A stretch of DNA of 55,875 nt from Desulfurococcales archaeon (GTDB lineage: Archaea > Thermoproteota > Thermoprotei_A > Sulfolobales > NBVN01). The stretch lies in contig JALWQN010000084.1 of assembly GCA_027083115.1 (NCBI GenBank), positions 1 through 55,875 of the forward strand. Direction: 5' to 3'. Positions 1 through 9,393 of this stretch are shown in pieces. Within the stretch, counting starts at the first letter, position 1. Each line of letters begins with the position of its first letter. The notes beneath the pieces were generated by a model. It was not told the DNA's origin. It made no database searches and was given only the letters and a program-made list of their open reading frames with translations. The position numbers and the translations under genes were made by a program.

Positions 1-174
1 CTTACCTCCCCACCTACCGGTAACGTCCTTAATCTTCTCCACTATTTTCTTGTCCTTAACATCAGCTATGAGGAAGCCGGATGCCCCGAATGCCCTGGCT
101 GTAAGGCCGACATGAGTGGTTATTCTTTTATCTCTTGCTGGTCTATGACCAAGCCTCAAGACGTAGATAGTCAT
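1..174 (-). CDS. trm56: tRNA (cytidine(56)-2'-O)-methyltransferase, 5' part (runs off window)
   Basis: Manual translation [31 protein letters not shown] matches the aTrm56 N-terminus; ATGA overlap with the hflX stop. Confidence 0.9.
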   Translation of the reverse strand, partial: MTIYVLRLGHRPARDKRITTHVGLTARAFGASGFLIADVKDKKIVEKIKDVTGRWGGK

Positions 175-1307
175 TCTGCTTGACCTATACTGCTGTACTT
201 AGGTATTTCTTGGGTTTTATTTAGTTGTGTCTTTATTTCCTCAAGAAGCCAATCGAGCCCGTAGCCTTCCTTAGCTGATATCCGAACAACGCTCCATCCC
301 CACAGGTAATTCTTCTCCAGCAAGTCATTAACTGCTAGGGCAGCTGAGATGCCTTTATCCCTTAATCTGTCTACCTTATTAATTACTGCGATCAGGCCTT
401 TACCAACATACCCTATTCTTGAGAGAGTATCGAGCGATGAGTAAACTTTCTCCTTAATTAGGCTTGGGGGCTCTGTTGAATCAACCACAAGAAGTAAGAG
501 GTGCGAGCTAGTTATCTGCTCTAGGGTTGCGCGGAAGGCCTCAATAACTTCATGCGGTAGGTCCTTAATGAAACCAACGGTATCTATGAAAGCCACTTTC
601 CTCCCATCAATTACTCTAACCCCTATCTTTGGTGAGAGAGTAGTGAACATCTCAGGGCCTGTTGGCTTGGATTCTGCAGTAAGTAGGTTAAACAGCGTTG
701 TCTTCCCTGCGTTAGCATAACCTCCTATAGCTATGTGAGGGATCCCCCACTTAAGCCTTCTTTCCCTTTCACGGGCTCTCCTATCTCTTAAGAGAACTAA
801 TTCCCTCCTTATTTTAGCTATCCTCTTCCTGACATGCGTGTAGTAAGTATCTACCGCGTACTTTCCTGGCCCCATAAACCCAGGCAGTTCTCTGAGCTTA
901 GACTTGTTAATCCATTCCTTAATTAGTGGTAAGGAATGAAGCAGTCGAGCCATCTCTATCTGTAGTTTAGCTTCTTTAGATCCTGCATGTATTGCAAAGA
1001 TCTCGAGAATTAACTCAACCTTGTCCTTCACGTTAACCTTTAATTCCTTCATGAGGTTGATCTTGTGCCTCGGTTTAAGGGAATCATATACGTAGAGAGT
1101 GAAGTACTCGGGGTCCTTACCTGAAGTCAGTGCCCGCAATTTCTTTACGGTTCCGGGCCTCAAGTACGTGGATTTATCTGGGGCGAACCACCTGCTTAAC
1201 CTAACAACCTCAATAACTTCTGCCCCTAAGCTCCGGACTAGAGCTAGGGCTTCATCGAGATCCTCGTTATTAGCCACAAGAATAGCTTCCTTTCTCGCCC
1301 AACCCAT
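171..1307 (-). CDS. hflX: GTPase HflX
   Basis: [24 protein letters not shown]-motifs; [14 protein letters not shown] and GPG N-domain motifs. Confidence 0.95.
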   Translation of the reverse strand: MGWARKEAILVANNEDLDEALALVRSLGAEVIEVVRLSRWFAPDKSTYLRPGTVKKLRALTSGKDPEYFTLYVYDSLKPRHKINLMKELKVNVKDKVELILEIFAIHAGSKEAKLQIEMARLLHSLPLIKEWINKSKLRELPGFMGPGKYAVDTYYTHVRKRIAKIRRELVLLRDRRARERERRLKWGIPHIAIGGYANAGKTTLFNLLTAESKPTGPEMFTTLSPKIGVRVIDGRKVAFIDTVGFIKDLPHEVIEAFRATLEQITSSHLLLLVVDSTEPPSLIKEKVYSSLDTLSRIGYVGKGLIAVINKVDRLRDKGISAALAVNDLLEKNYLWGWSVVRISAKEGYGLDWLLEEIKTQLNKTQEIPKYSSIGQAE

Positions 1308-1319
1308 AAAGACAGATCC

Positions 1320-1850
1320 TCACATCTTCTTCCTTCTCCTTATGGAGACTATGTCCCCTAAGGTTAGGTCCTTCCTGAGTCTCCCACCAACATTTAACGG
1401 GTTGCTTAGGTCATCATCAATAACTGGCTCAAGCAACTTAATGTTTAGTACTCCCTCCAACTTCCTCGCTAATTCTATTGTGGGCGTTAATCTGCCGGCC
1501 TCAATCCTCTTAATTACTTTCTCGCTCTCACCTATGGACTCAGCCAGAACCCTCTGAGTCCATCCCAGCCTTTCCCTAGCTTGCCTAATTCTTTCAGCAA
1601 AGTCCTCAACAACCTCCAGCCCTTCAAGCCTTTCTCTCCTAGGCTTGGGTCTTGGTCTGCTTGGGCTTCTTAACGTTGATGGCCTACTCTTGATTTCCTT
1701 GATTTCTTTCCCCACATTTCTCTTAACTACCTTACTGTAGCATTGGGGGCAAAGAAGTAATTTAGCGCCATCTATATAGACTATGTGGGCGTCTTTCCTT
1801 CTAACAGGCCTACCACACATCTCGCAGTAGACTATGTCGTCCTGCCTCAA
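1320..1850 (-). CDS. mbf1: Archaeal multiprotein bridging factor aMBF1
   Basis: CEMCG..LCPQC Zn ribbon, Cro-like HTH, C-terminal TLGDIV. Confidence 0.92.
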   Translation of the reverse strand: MRQDDIVYCEMCGRPVRRKDAHIVYIDGAKLLLCPQCYSKVVKRNVGKEIKEIKSRPSTLRSPSRPRPKPRRERLEGLEVVEDFAERIRQARERLGWTQRVLAESIGESEKVIKRIEAGRLTPTIELARKLEGVLNIKLLEPVIDDDLSNPLNVGGRLRKDLTLGDIVSIRRRKKM

Positions 1851-1977
1851 ATCTATGACCTACAATAAGGTGTATTCATCCCTTAAATTGATTGATGCGT
1901 TTCAGGGATTACGTAACTTAAAATACCTCTAGTATTTTAGGGTTTTTAGTTAATTAGTAATTAGTGGTGTGAGGTAA

Positions 1978-3171
1978 TTGTCTGGAATTGACTTCAGTAT
2001 TAGGAGGAAGGGAGGGGACGACTACATTAAGTACCTTGAGATGAGGGTTCAGGAGCTTGAGGCTGAAGTCAATTACTTGAGGAATGAAGTCAATTATTAC
2101 AAGAAGGAGATAGAGAAGCTTCTCTCAACACCCTTAATTGAGGGAATAATTATTGAGGTCTTGAAGGATGGCAGGGCGGTAGTTAAGAGCACTACAGGAC
2201 CGAACCTAATAGTTAATGTTTTGGGTTCCGTTAAGGTAGATGTGTTGAGGCCCGGCACTAGGGTAGCCCTCAATCAGAGAGGTTCAACGATTGTTGAGGT
2301 CCTTCCTTCTTCCGAAGACCCCTACGTTAGGGGGATGGAAGTTATTGAGAGGCCTGGCGTAAGGTACAGCGATATCGGGGGTCTAGAGAAACAAATCAGC
2401 GAGTTAAAGGAGGTTGTTGAGTTACCTCTTAAGCACCCAGAACTATTTCGTGAGTTAGGTATTGACCCTCCTAAAGGCGTCTTGCTTTACGGTCCTCCAG
2501 GGTGCGGTAAGACACTACTTGCTAAAGCAGTAGCTGGAGAAACGCAAGCAACCTTCATTAGTTTAGTTGCTTCAGAACTGGCTCAGAAATTCGTTGGTGA
2601 GGGGGCAAGGATCGTTAGGGAATTGTTTAGCTTGGCTAGGAGGAAAGCTCCAGCCATAGTCCTTATTGATGAGATAGATGCTATAGCAGCTAAGAGAATG
2701 GATTTAGGGACAAGTGGTGAGAGGGAAATCCATAGGACATTAACTCAGTTGTTGGCGGAGTTAGATGGCTTCGATCCTTTAGGTAACGTAAAAATTATTG
2801 CCACAACAAATAGGCTAGATATTCTTGATCCGGCTTTGCTGAGGCCAGGGAGGTTCGATAGAATCATTGAGGTTCCCCTACCTAGGCTTGAAGGCAGGAA
2901 GGAAATATTCAAGATCCATACGAGAAGAATGAAGCTCCATAAGGTCGATCTTGAGGAGTTAGCTAAGTTAACTGAAGGATCTACGGGTGCCGACATAAAG
3001 GCTATATGTACTGAGGCCGGTTATTCTGCTATAAGGGCCGGGAGAAAAAGAGTCGTTATGGGTGACTTCCTCTACGCAATAAAGAAAGTGCTCGGGGATA
3101 GGTTCAGGCCATACAGCGATAACGTAGGATTTAAGCCTAAAGAAGGCAGAAGCCTGAATCCGGTGGTTTAG
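1978..3171 (+). CDS. pan: Proteasome-activating nucleotidase
   Basis: Coiled coil plus OB domain plus AAA ([19 protein letters not shown]); TTG start after GAGGT. Confidence 0.96.
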   Translation: MSGIDFSIRRKGGDDYIKYLEMRVQELEAEVNYLRNEVNYYKKEIEKLLSTPLIEGIIIEVLKDGRAVVKSTTGPNLIVNVLGSVKVDVLRPGTRVALNQRGSTIVEVLPSSEDPYVRGMEVIERPGVRYSDIGGLEKQISELKEVVELPLKHPELFRELGIDPPKGVLLYGPPGCGKTLLAKAVAGETQATFISLVASELAQKFVGEGARIVRELFSLARRKAPAIVLIDEIDAIAAKRMDLGTSGEREIHRTLTQLLAELDGFDPLGNVKIIATTNRLDILDPALLRPGRFDRIIEVPLPRLEGRKEIFKIHTRRMKLHKVDLEELAKLTEGSTGADIKAICTEAGYSAIRAGRKRVVMGDFLYAIKKVLGDRFRPYSDNVGFKPKEGRSLNPVV

Positions 3172-3174
3172 CGG

Positions 3175-3675
3175 ATGTATAAGGTGAGGCCAGCAAGCAA
3201 GGATGAGCTACTCTTTCTTAGAGAAATAGCTAATTACCAGTTCAGGTCACACATAGGTCCCTCAATATTTCCTGAGGGGGTGCTCCTGAAGATATCTAGG
3301 AACACCGGTAAAATTAGGGAGGTATTAGCTCCTGACGGCACCTCAATAGCAACTGTTCGTGCCTCCACATACACTTTCAGCTTAAGACTAGGCACTGCAT
3401 CTAAGATACTTAAGTTACTCCCTCCCCCTAAATTAAGGGCTGTCGTTGCTGATGAAGTCTCTAGGGACTTGCTTGAGAACAGATCGACAGTATTCTCCAG
3501 GCACATCCTTCGCTTAGACGAGGATTTAAGGGCTGGTGATGAAGTGATCATTACTGACGAGGAAGATAACCTCTTGTGTGTGGGTAGGTTACTTCTCTCT
3601 CCCTTCGAGGTAATCCACTTTATAAGGGGAGGGGCAATAAAGGTTAAAGAGTGTGTTGAGAATGGTGGTGGCTGA
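3175..3675 (+). CDS. PUA-domain protein (similar to the C-terminal module of ArcTGT)
   Basis: IANYQF, SRNTGKIR, RAGDEV..LLCVG. Confidence 0.85.
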   Translation: MYKVRPASKDELLFLREIANYQFRSHIGPSIFPEGVLLKISRNTGKIREVLAPDGTSIATVRASTYTFSLRLGTASKILKLLPPPKLRAVVADEVSRDLLENRSTVFSRHILRLDEDLRAGDEVIITDEEDNLLCVGRLLLSPFEVIHFIRGGAIKVKECVENGGG

Positions 3676-4390
3676 AGTCGTAGTTTATGATGAGTTTAAG
3701 GACGAACTTATGGGAGGGGGCTGGACATTAATAACTGGTTTCCCCGGCTTCGGTTACGTAGGAACTATAGCTACTCGCTACTTAGTTAATAAGCTCAATG
3801 CCATAAAAGTAGGTGACGTAATAACTAAATACATGCCTGACTTCACGGCTTTTGAGGATTACGGACTAATGACTCCCTACGAAATCTTTATCCATAGGGA
3901 GAAGAGGCTGCTCATATTAATTAATAATACATTACCGCAGCCTCCCGAGAGAGTCGCTTACTCCGTTAAGTTCGTCGACTGGTTCATTAAGGTAGGGGGC
4001 TTAAGAGCCATACTTGCTGGGGGCTTAAACCAGAAGTTCAAGGAGAAGGACGAGGAGTTCAGGTGGGCATGCGTTAACGAATGCGGTTGGGAGTTTAAGG
4101 AGCCTAAAATAAGTAAGGGCTTATATATCGTCGGGCCCTTAGCCACGTTATTCTCTATACTTAACTTAAGGAAGGTTCCTACACTGTTGTTATTCCCCTA
4201 CACAGAGCCAAGCAGGTACGATCCGGCGGCGGCGGCAGTGTTTGTTAAGAAAGTGAGTAGAGTTCTTGGCCTAAACATAGATATTAATGACTTAATTCAG
4301 TACGGTAAGTTAGTGGCTGAGGCTGAGGCACAGCTGGAAGAAACCCTAAAGAAAGTTAAGGAGGAGAAAGGACCTAAGCCATATATGTAG
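3653..4390 (+). CDS. PAC2-family proteasome assembly chaperone
   Basis: ITGFPGFGYVGTIA, DPAAAA. Confidence 0.88.
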   Translation: MLRMVVAEVVVYDEFKDELMGGGWTLITGFPGFGYVGTIATRYLVNKLNAIKVGDVITKYMPDFTAFEDYGLMTPYEIFIHREKRLLILINNTLPQPPERVAYSVKFVDWFIKVGGLRAILAGGLNQKFKEKDEEFRWACVNECGWEFKEPKISKGLYIVGPLATLFSILNLRKVPTLLLFPYTEPSRYDPAAAAVFVKKVSRVLGLNIDINDLIQYGKLVAEAEAQLEETLKKVKEEKGPKPYM

Positions 4391-4393
4391 GGT

Positions 4394-5965
4394 TCACTTA
4401 CACATCTCCCTAAACTTCACTTTATCCCTCTCCAACACCTTGACGATGCTTTCCTTAGCCCACGGTATTTTACCGCAAGAAAGAACTAAGACCTTCCCTC
4501 CCTCGCTAATTACTTTAGAAATCATGAGTGAGAGGTTCCTAAACATATTCATAACTAACTCTGCCTCAGGAGTTTGTGGTGCCTCAAACTGCCCGTAAGG
4601 GTATGTTTGATCTAGCCCTAACGGAATATAGTTAAAGAAAGGAAGATAGAAGAAGACAGCATCCCCGGGCTTAATGATTCCTTCCTTAATAGCCTCCTTA
4701 AATATTCTGGAGTTCCTGAAGGGTTTCTCGTTGAGAGATGCGGGAACGAGAACTACTTTCTTGAGGGGTTCACTACGTTCCTTAAGTAGCTCCTTAGTTA
4801 AGTAGGCCCTATGCCTAAGCAGTTCGGGCCTGAAGTAAGAAGTCGCATCAAAAAGAAATAGTCCCTTAGCCCTCCCCTTATATCTGGGGTCGAACTTCTC
4901 TATCCAACCCACATACTTAATGAATTCATTGAATGCCTCCCTAACTGAGGGATGGCTTCTAGCTCTCTCCTCAATGAGTTCCCAAAGCCTTCCCTCCCTA
5001 ATCGATTCCTTAATGATTCTTAATTCCCTATTAATTACGTGTAAGTTATGAATAGCTATTAATTTAGTTCTCTCAGCCTTATCCATCTCCAGTAACTCCT
5101 TCACCGTGTATTTACTGCATACTTCACACTCGCATGGGAGGTAACTTAGGTCATTAATTCTGTAAGTTCCTCTTCCAGTAATGTATCTACCTTCCCTAGC
5201 GTAAAGGATGTAGGAAGCTGAATCGAAGGAATCGACGCCTAAAGCCACCAGCAAAGGCATTATTAGTGGGTGTCCGCCACCAAATAAATGCACGGGCTTA
5301 TCCGGCGGGAGGATCATTTTTGCTGCAGCAACCATCCGGACAATTTTCCAGAACTCATATTTCTCCAATACCGTGACAGGTGATCCGATTGCATACATTC
5401 CGTAACCCTCTATGTTTTTGGCTTCCTCAGCAGATAATTCGACTAGGTCATAATGCACACCTCCCTGAATAGGGAGGACCCAGAGGATATCGGTATTCCT
5501 TATTAGTGGCTGAACTAACTTAGCTCTCCTTAAGGTTTCCGTAACGCTCTCTTTAGCCTCCTCCCAACTGGAATCGTCTTTCGTAGGGATGTCAGCAATT
5601 ACGGCAATGTCGGGGTTTAGAAGCTTCTCATACTCAACAATCTCTTCAGGGTCTATAGTCACCTTATTTCTGCCGTACATCAGTAATTGATAGGCGCCGG
5701 AGTCGGTCATTATGACTCCGTCAAAACCAACTAATTCCCGAACGCCTCCTTCATCAATATTTTTCCCTAAACGCTGCATTATTATGTATGCATTAGTGAT
5801 TAGTTGATTAAACCCTATCTCCTTAATTTTGTTTGGTGGTACCTCATCCCCTCTCCTGAAGGGATTAATTACTGGGAAGAAAGTGGGTGTCTCCAAAGTC
5901 CCAGACTTAGTCGCTAACTTACCTATCCTTCCAGCTAATTCCTTATCCTTTATTTCAAAAGACAA
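4394..5965 (-). CDS. tgtA: tRNA-guanine(15) transglycosylase (archaeosine)
   Basis: MTDSGAYQ, PIQGG, HLFG, DSFDSASY, CECEVC..HNL. Confidence 0.95.
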   Translation of the reverse strand: MSFEIKDKELAGRIGKLATKSGTLETPTFFPVINPFRRGDEVPPNKIKEIGFNQLITNAYIIMQRLGKNIDEGGVRELVGFDGVIMTDSGAYQLLMYGRNKVTIDPEEIVEYEKLLNPDIAVIADIPTKDDSSWEEAKESVTETLRRAKLVQPLIRNTDILWVLPIQGGVHYDLVELSAEEAKNIEGYGMYAIGSPVTVLEKYEFWKIVRMVAAAKMILPPDKPVHLFGGGHPLIMPLLVALGVDSFDSASYILYAREGRYITGRGTYRINDLSYLPCECEVCSKYTVKELLEMDKAERTKLIAIHNLHVINRELRIIKESIREGRLWELIEERARSHPSVREAFNEFIKYVGWIEKFDPRYKGRAKGLFLFDATSYFRPELLRHRAYLTKELLKERSEPLKKVVLVPASLNEKPFRNSRIFKEAIKEGIIKPGDAVFFYLPFFNYIPLGLDQTYPYGQFEAPQTPEAELVMNMFRNLSLMISKVISEGGKVLVLSCGKIPWAKESIVKVLERDKVKFREMCK

Positions 5966-6033
5966 TAACTATCCCTCATAACCGAAACTCCTTAAAAAGA
6001 TTAGGTCTTAAGTTTCGTGGCTTAAGAGGTAAG

Positions 6034-6480
6034 TTACTTCTTCCTTGACTCCATGTATTCTTCCCATAAACTGTAGAGTTTACTAGCCATCCCTCCAGAA
6101 CCCTCAACACCGTTTTCAGTAATCTTGTATCTGTCATAAACCAGTACTGTCTTAGCTTCCTTTAATACCCTCACTGTGCCGGGCGGTAGGCTTAGCTTCG
6201 TCGAAATAAATTCGGCGAATTCCTCCGGGTCGAACTTAGGTCTCTGCACAGATATTATCTCACTTATTCTGCCACCATTTATGAATACCTTATAGTACTT
6301 CTCTCCAGACGAGGATTTTGCGTCCTCCAATATCATGTGTAGGGTGAAGCGATCGCCAATATCTATGCCTATAAGCTTACCTACGTAGGTTGTCCCATCA
6401 ACTAACTTCACAGTAACAATATTTCCAACAAGGCTGGCAAGCTCCGTGATTAAATTCCTTATAGCGGCCTGTACACTCAT
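6034..6480 (-). CDS. SmAP3-type Lsm protein (Sm fold plus C-terminal domain)
   Basis: N-terminal Sm motifs plus crenarchaeal C-terminal domain (..ENGVEGSG..). Confidence 0.85.
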   Translation of the reverse strand: MSVQAAIRNLITELASLVGNIVTVKLVDGTTYVGKLIGIDIGDRFTLHMILEDAKSSSGEKYYKVFINGGRISEIISVQRPKFDPEEFAEFISTKLSLPPGTVRVLKEAKTVLVYDRYKITENGVEGSGGMASKLYSLWEEYMESRKK

Positions 6481-6584
6481 GTCTTAGACCTATCCCTCAA
6501 TTCGGTTATTTAAATTTAAATGTTAAGGAATTGTATGCTTAAATATTGTGAAAATAAGTAAACGAACTAGTTATATTTGAATGC

Positions 6585-6741
6585 CTACTTACTGAAGGGA
6601 AGTGGGTTTTTGATTATTCTTTTTGCTTTTTTGTATGCTTTAGCTATTTTCTGTGCTTTTGAGGTTAAGTCACCTGTTTTTACTGATTTGACTGCCTTAG
6701 CTGTTCTGTATGCTGTTGTGACCTTAACACTTCTTGTTCAT
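6585..6741 (-). pseudogene. Putative small Lys/Ala-rich basic protein with a 1-nt frameshift after ATG
   Basis: GGAGGA (6752-6747), ATG, one extra A, then 50 open codons TRSVKVTTAYRTAKAVKSVK...PFSK*. Confidence 0.35.
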
Positions 6742-6929
6742 GAAAATCCTCCATATAATGAGGGTGTATTACAATAAACATTTTACTTTTTTAAATAATT
6801 TTTATTAAATGTTTAATGCTTATCTAAGTTATATGCGTAATACCTTTACTTTTTCAATAGTATAAGAGTGCATTAATAACATAATATTTATGGTTTAGAC
6901 TCAATTATCAAATAGAGCTTTCTAAGCAC

Positions 6930-7331
6930 TTAGTTTTTAGGTGTTAATTTAGATACCTTAAAATACACTTTATCCATTATTGAGAAGGACTGCAGAATGT
7001 CTTCCTTAGATTCTAAAACAAGTAAGTACCCCCAGAGAGATATCAGCAATTTAGTAACTGTTTCCTTAGCTTTGTTTATCGCTTTCTTCTTGCTCATGAC
7101 GTACCCCCAAAGAACTATGTCAGTGCCTTCCTTGAATTCAGGCTTCTCACGAGTTAAGGATACCTTGACTTTATCGCCCACCCTTAAGTCATTAAGTAAT
7201 TCTTCATGGAGGTCAAACCTTGCGGTCAGCCCATCAAACTCCGCAGTAATTATCACTATTCGAGGTAGTTTTGACCTCTCTATTTGTTTTATCTTGCCTT
7301 CCCCCTCAATCACTCCTTCTTCCACACGCAT
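6930..7331 (-). CDS. rpo8: RNA polymerase subunit Rpo8 (RpoG)
   Basis: IERSKL..FD..GYV..ISLWG..MDKVYF pattern as recalled for crenarchaeal RpoG. Confidence 0.85.
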   Translation of the reverse strand: MRVEEGVIEGEGKIKQIERSKLPRIVIITAEFDGLTARFDLHEELLNDLRVGDKVKVSLTREKPEFKEGTDIVLWGYVMSKKKAINKAKETVTKLLISLWGYLLVLESKEDILQSFSIMDKVYFKVSKLTPKN

Positions 7332-7378
7332 TTTTGACCCATTTTTATGGGGTGAAACACTTTTAAAAGTAAATACTT

Positions 7379-7687
7379 TTGGGAGAGCGCTTGCTGCTAA
7401 CTAAGGAATACGTTAGAGTCTGCTACGGACTATACTCCAGAATCCCTCACACAACATTAGACATTATGCCTTTAGTTAAGGCCTTCCTTCATGCATGCAG
7501 GAACTCAAGAATTGTTTTGAGGGTGGAGGCAGGATCAAGCATATATAACACCGTAATAGAGTTCAGGAGCCCTAAGGGTGAATTCAGCTACTGCAGTAAA
7601 GTTATTGAGGCATTAATTGCTGCGGAATTAGGTGATGAAGTAAGTTACTCTAGGGTCTCATGCAGAGAAAATTTTCGCGTCCTTTGA
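7379..7687 (+). CDS. Hypothetical protein, possibly the N-terminal part of the downstream ATPase
   Basis: ORF overlapping the ATPase start; start codon uncertain. Confidence 0.5.
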   Translation: MGERLLLTKEYVRVCYGLYSRIPHTTLDIMPLVKAFLHACRNSRIVLRVEAGSSIYNTVIEFRSPKGEFSYCSKVIEALIAAELGDEVSYSRVSCRENFRVL

Positions 7688-8739
7688 AGTCAATACTTAC
7701 CCGGAGATTCCCTCCCGAAATTAAGGCCCCCATTAATCCCGTGTATGGGGAACCGATCAAGAAGATCTATTTGGGGGAAACCTATCATGGACCAACCCAG
7801 CCCCTCTTCGTTCCTTATAGTTCTTTCCTGAGGCATGCCTTAATCGTTGGGAGCACGGGTTCAGGAAAAACAACAACAGCATCAAGAATAGCTACGGAGC
7901 TCTCTAAATACAGTAAAGTAATAGTGGTTGACTGGAACGGCGAGTACTTAGGGCTCCTTAACTCAGGCATTCACTACAGGGTATCTTCCTCAAATCCAGT
8001 ACCCATAGTTGGTGATGATGTTGAGGAGGTAGTTAATGTTTTTGAGGAGGTCCTGTCATTAACACCTCCTCAAGCCTTCATTCTTGAGAAGGCCTTAGGG
8101 AATAGAGTGCCTGAGAGCTTAACTGAAGTTCTTGATAGGATTGAGGAAAGCGTTGAGGATTCAAGGTGGTTTCTCGAATCCAAACTATCTTTACTGAGGA
8201 AGTTAAGCACGATCAGTAAGCCAAAATACGCCAAAGTTTTTGAGAGGAGAGGAGTAAGTAGGTTCCTTAAGTTACTGGTTTCTAGTGAAGGCCCGATGAT
8301 AGCGGACGTTTCATCACTTAGTGACTCGACAGCAAGGAAGCTGGCTTCACTATTTGTTCTAAAGCTTGCGGAGTACCTTAAATTAAGGAGGTTAGTGAAG
8401 AACGACCTTCATCTGGTGGTTGATGAGGTTCATAATTTGATTGGGATGAATGAGGGGTTCCTATCCAGGCTTCATGCTGAAGTAAGGAAATTAGGTATTG
8501 GGTTAGTAATAATAACTCAATCACCATCGATAATCAGTAAAGGCATTCTCACAAACACAAACATTAAGGTGGTGCATACCCTTAAATCAAGGGAAGACAT
8601 AGAATTGATCTCAAGATCTTTAGGGCTCTACCAGTATGATGTAGCTAACTTAATTGCGAGGCTTGAGGTTGGTGAGGCACTAATAGATTATACAGGATTA
8701 ACTAAGCCAGCATTGGTTAGGATTGAACCACCTACCTGA
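7660..8739 (+). CDS. HerA/VirB4-like (DUF87) P-loop ATPase
   Basis: HALIVGSTGSGKTT, DWNGEY, VVDEVH, RKLG..TQSP. Confidence 0.88.
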   Translation: MQRKFSRPLKSILTRRFPPEIKAPINPVYGEPIKKIYLGETYHGPTQPLFVPYSSFLRHALIVGSTGSGKTTTASRIATELSKYSKVIVVDWNGEYLGLLNSGIHYRVSSSNPVPIVGDDVEEVVNVFEEVLSLTPPQAFILEKALGNRVPESLTEVLDRIEESVEDSRWFLESKLSLLRKLSTISKPKYAKVFERRGVSRFLKLLVSSEGPMIADVSSLSDSTARKLASLFVLKLAEYLKLRRLVKNDLHLVVDEVHNLIGMNEGFLSRLHAEVRKLGIGLVIITQSPSIISKGILTNTNIKVVHTLKSREDIELISRSLGLYQYDVANLIARLEVGEALIDYTGLTKPALVRIEPPT

Positions 8740-9298
8740 GAACTAATTTAAGAACATCTTCAGGTATCTTTGCCGAAAGCCAATCCACCCAAACCCGGCA
8801 CTCAACCCTAAGATTAAGGACGTCAAGTATCTCCTGAACTACCTCCACAACCTTTTTCCCTGTAGTATCTATCTCGCAAACCTTTCCTGGATGAAGGCTT
8901 AATGCGTTGTAGGTGCATGTACCAACTAATTCTGCCTCCAGGTTCTCCTTTATTTTATGGTTAGGATAGTTTCTTGATCTAAGTCTCTTCAAAAGGATTC
9001 TGGGGTTCAATCTAAGCACAAAAATCTTTTTCACTAAGTCATCATAAATAATTTCTCCGTAGTGGCTATCGACAACTAATTTTTTCCTTGATTTGATCAA
9101 TTCCCTTAAGTACTTCCTCAGAAGCTCCTCGTCAATAATGAGCGTTCCCCTTTCTTTGTCTTCTGCCTTAATGAATCCCTCATTAGTAGCTACTTCCGTC
9201 AAGCTAACATAGGTCCAGCCGAGCCTCTGGGAGAGTTGTTTAGCTACTGAGGTTTTTCCTGTTCCTGGAGTTCCTGAAATAACTATGGCTTCATACAT
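8732..9298 (-). CDS. AK6/Fap7-family adenylate kinase
   Basis: SGTPGTGKT, VVDSH, KIKENLEAE; probable start MYEAIV. Confidence 0.9.
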   Translation of the reverse strand: MYEAIVISGTPGTGKTSVAKQLSQRLGWTYVSLTEVATNEGFIKAEDKERGTLIIDEELLRKYLRELIKSRKKLVVDSHYGEIIYDDLVKKIFVLRLNPRILLKRLRSRNYPNHKIKENLEAELVGTCTYNALSLHPGKVCEIDTTGKKVVEVVQEILDVLNLRVECRVWVDWLSAKIPEDVLKLVLR

Positions 9299-9393
9299 AA
9301 CAAATACCGTTATTAAGCACAGAATAAATACGTATGTTATTAAAAACAAAAGTAGTGGTGAATTAATTACGTGTTAAACGCTAATTAATTCCT

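Noticed and set aside
6577..6777. 66-aa hydrophobic plus-strand ORF
   Set aside because: Its hydrophobicity follows from being the antisense of an A-rich frame; no SD; the minus-strand frame is more plausible
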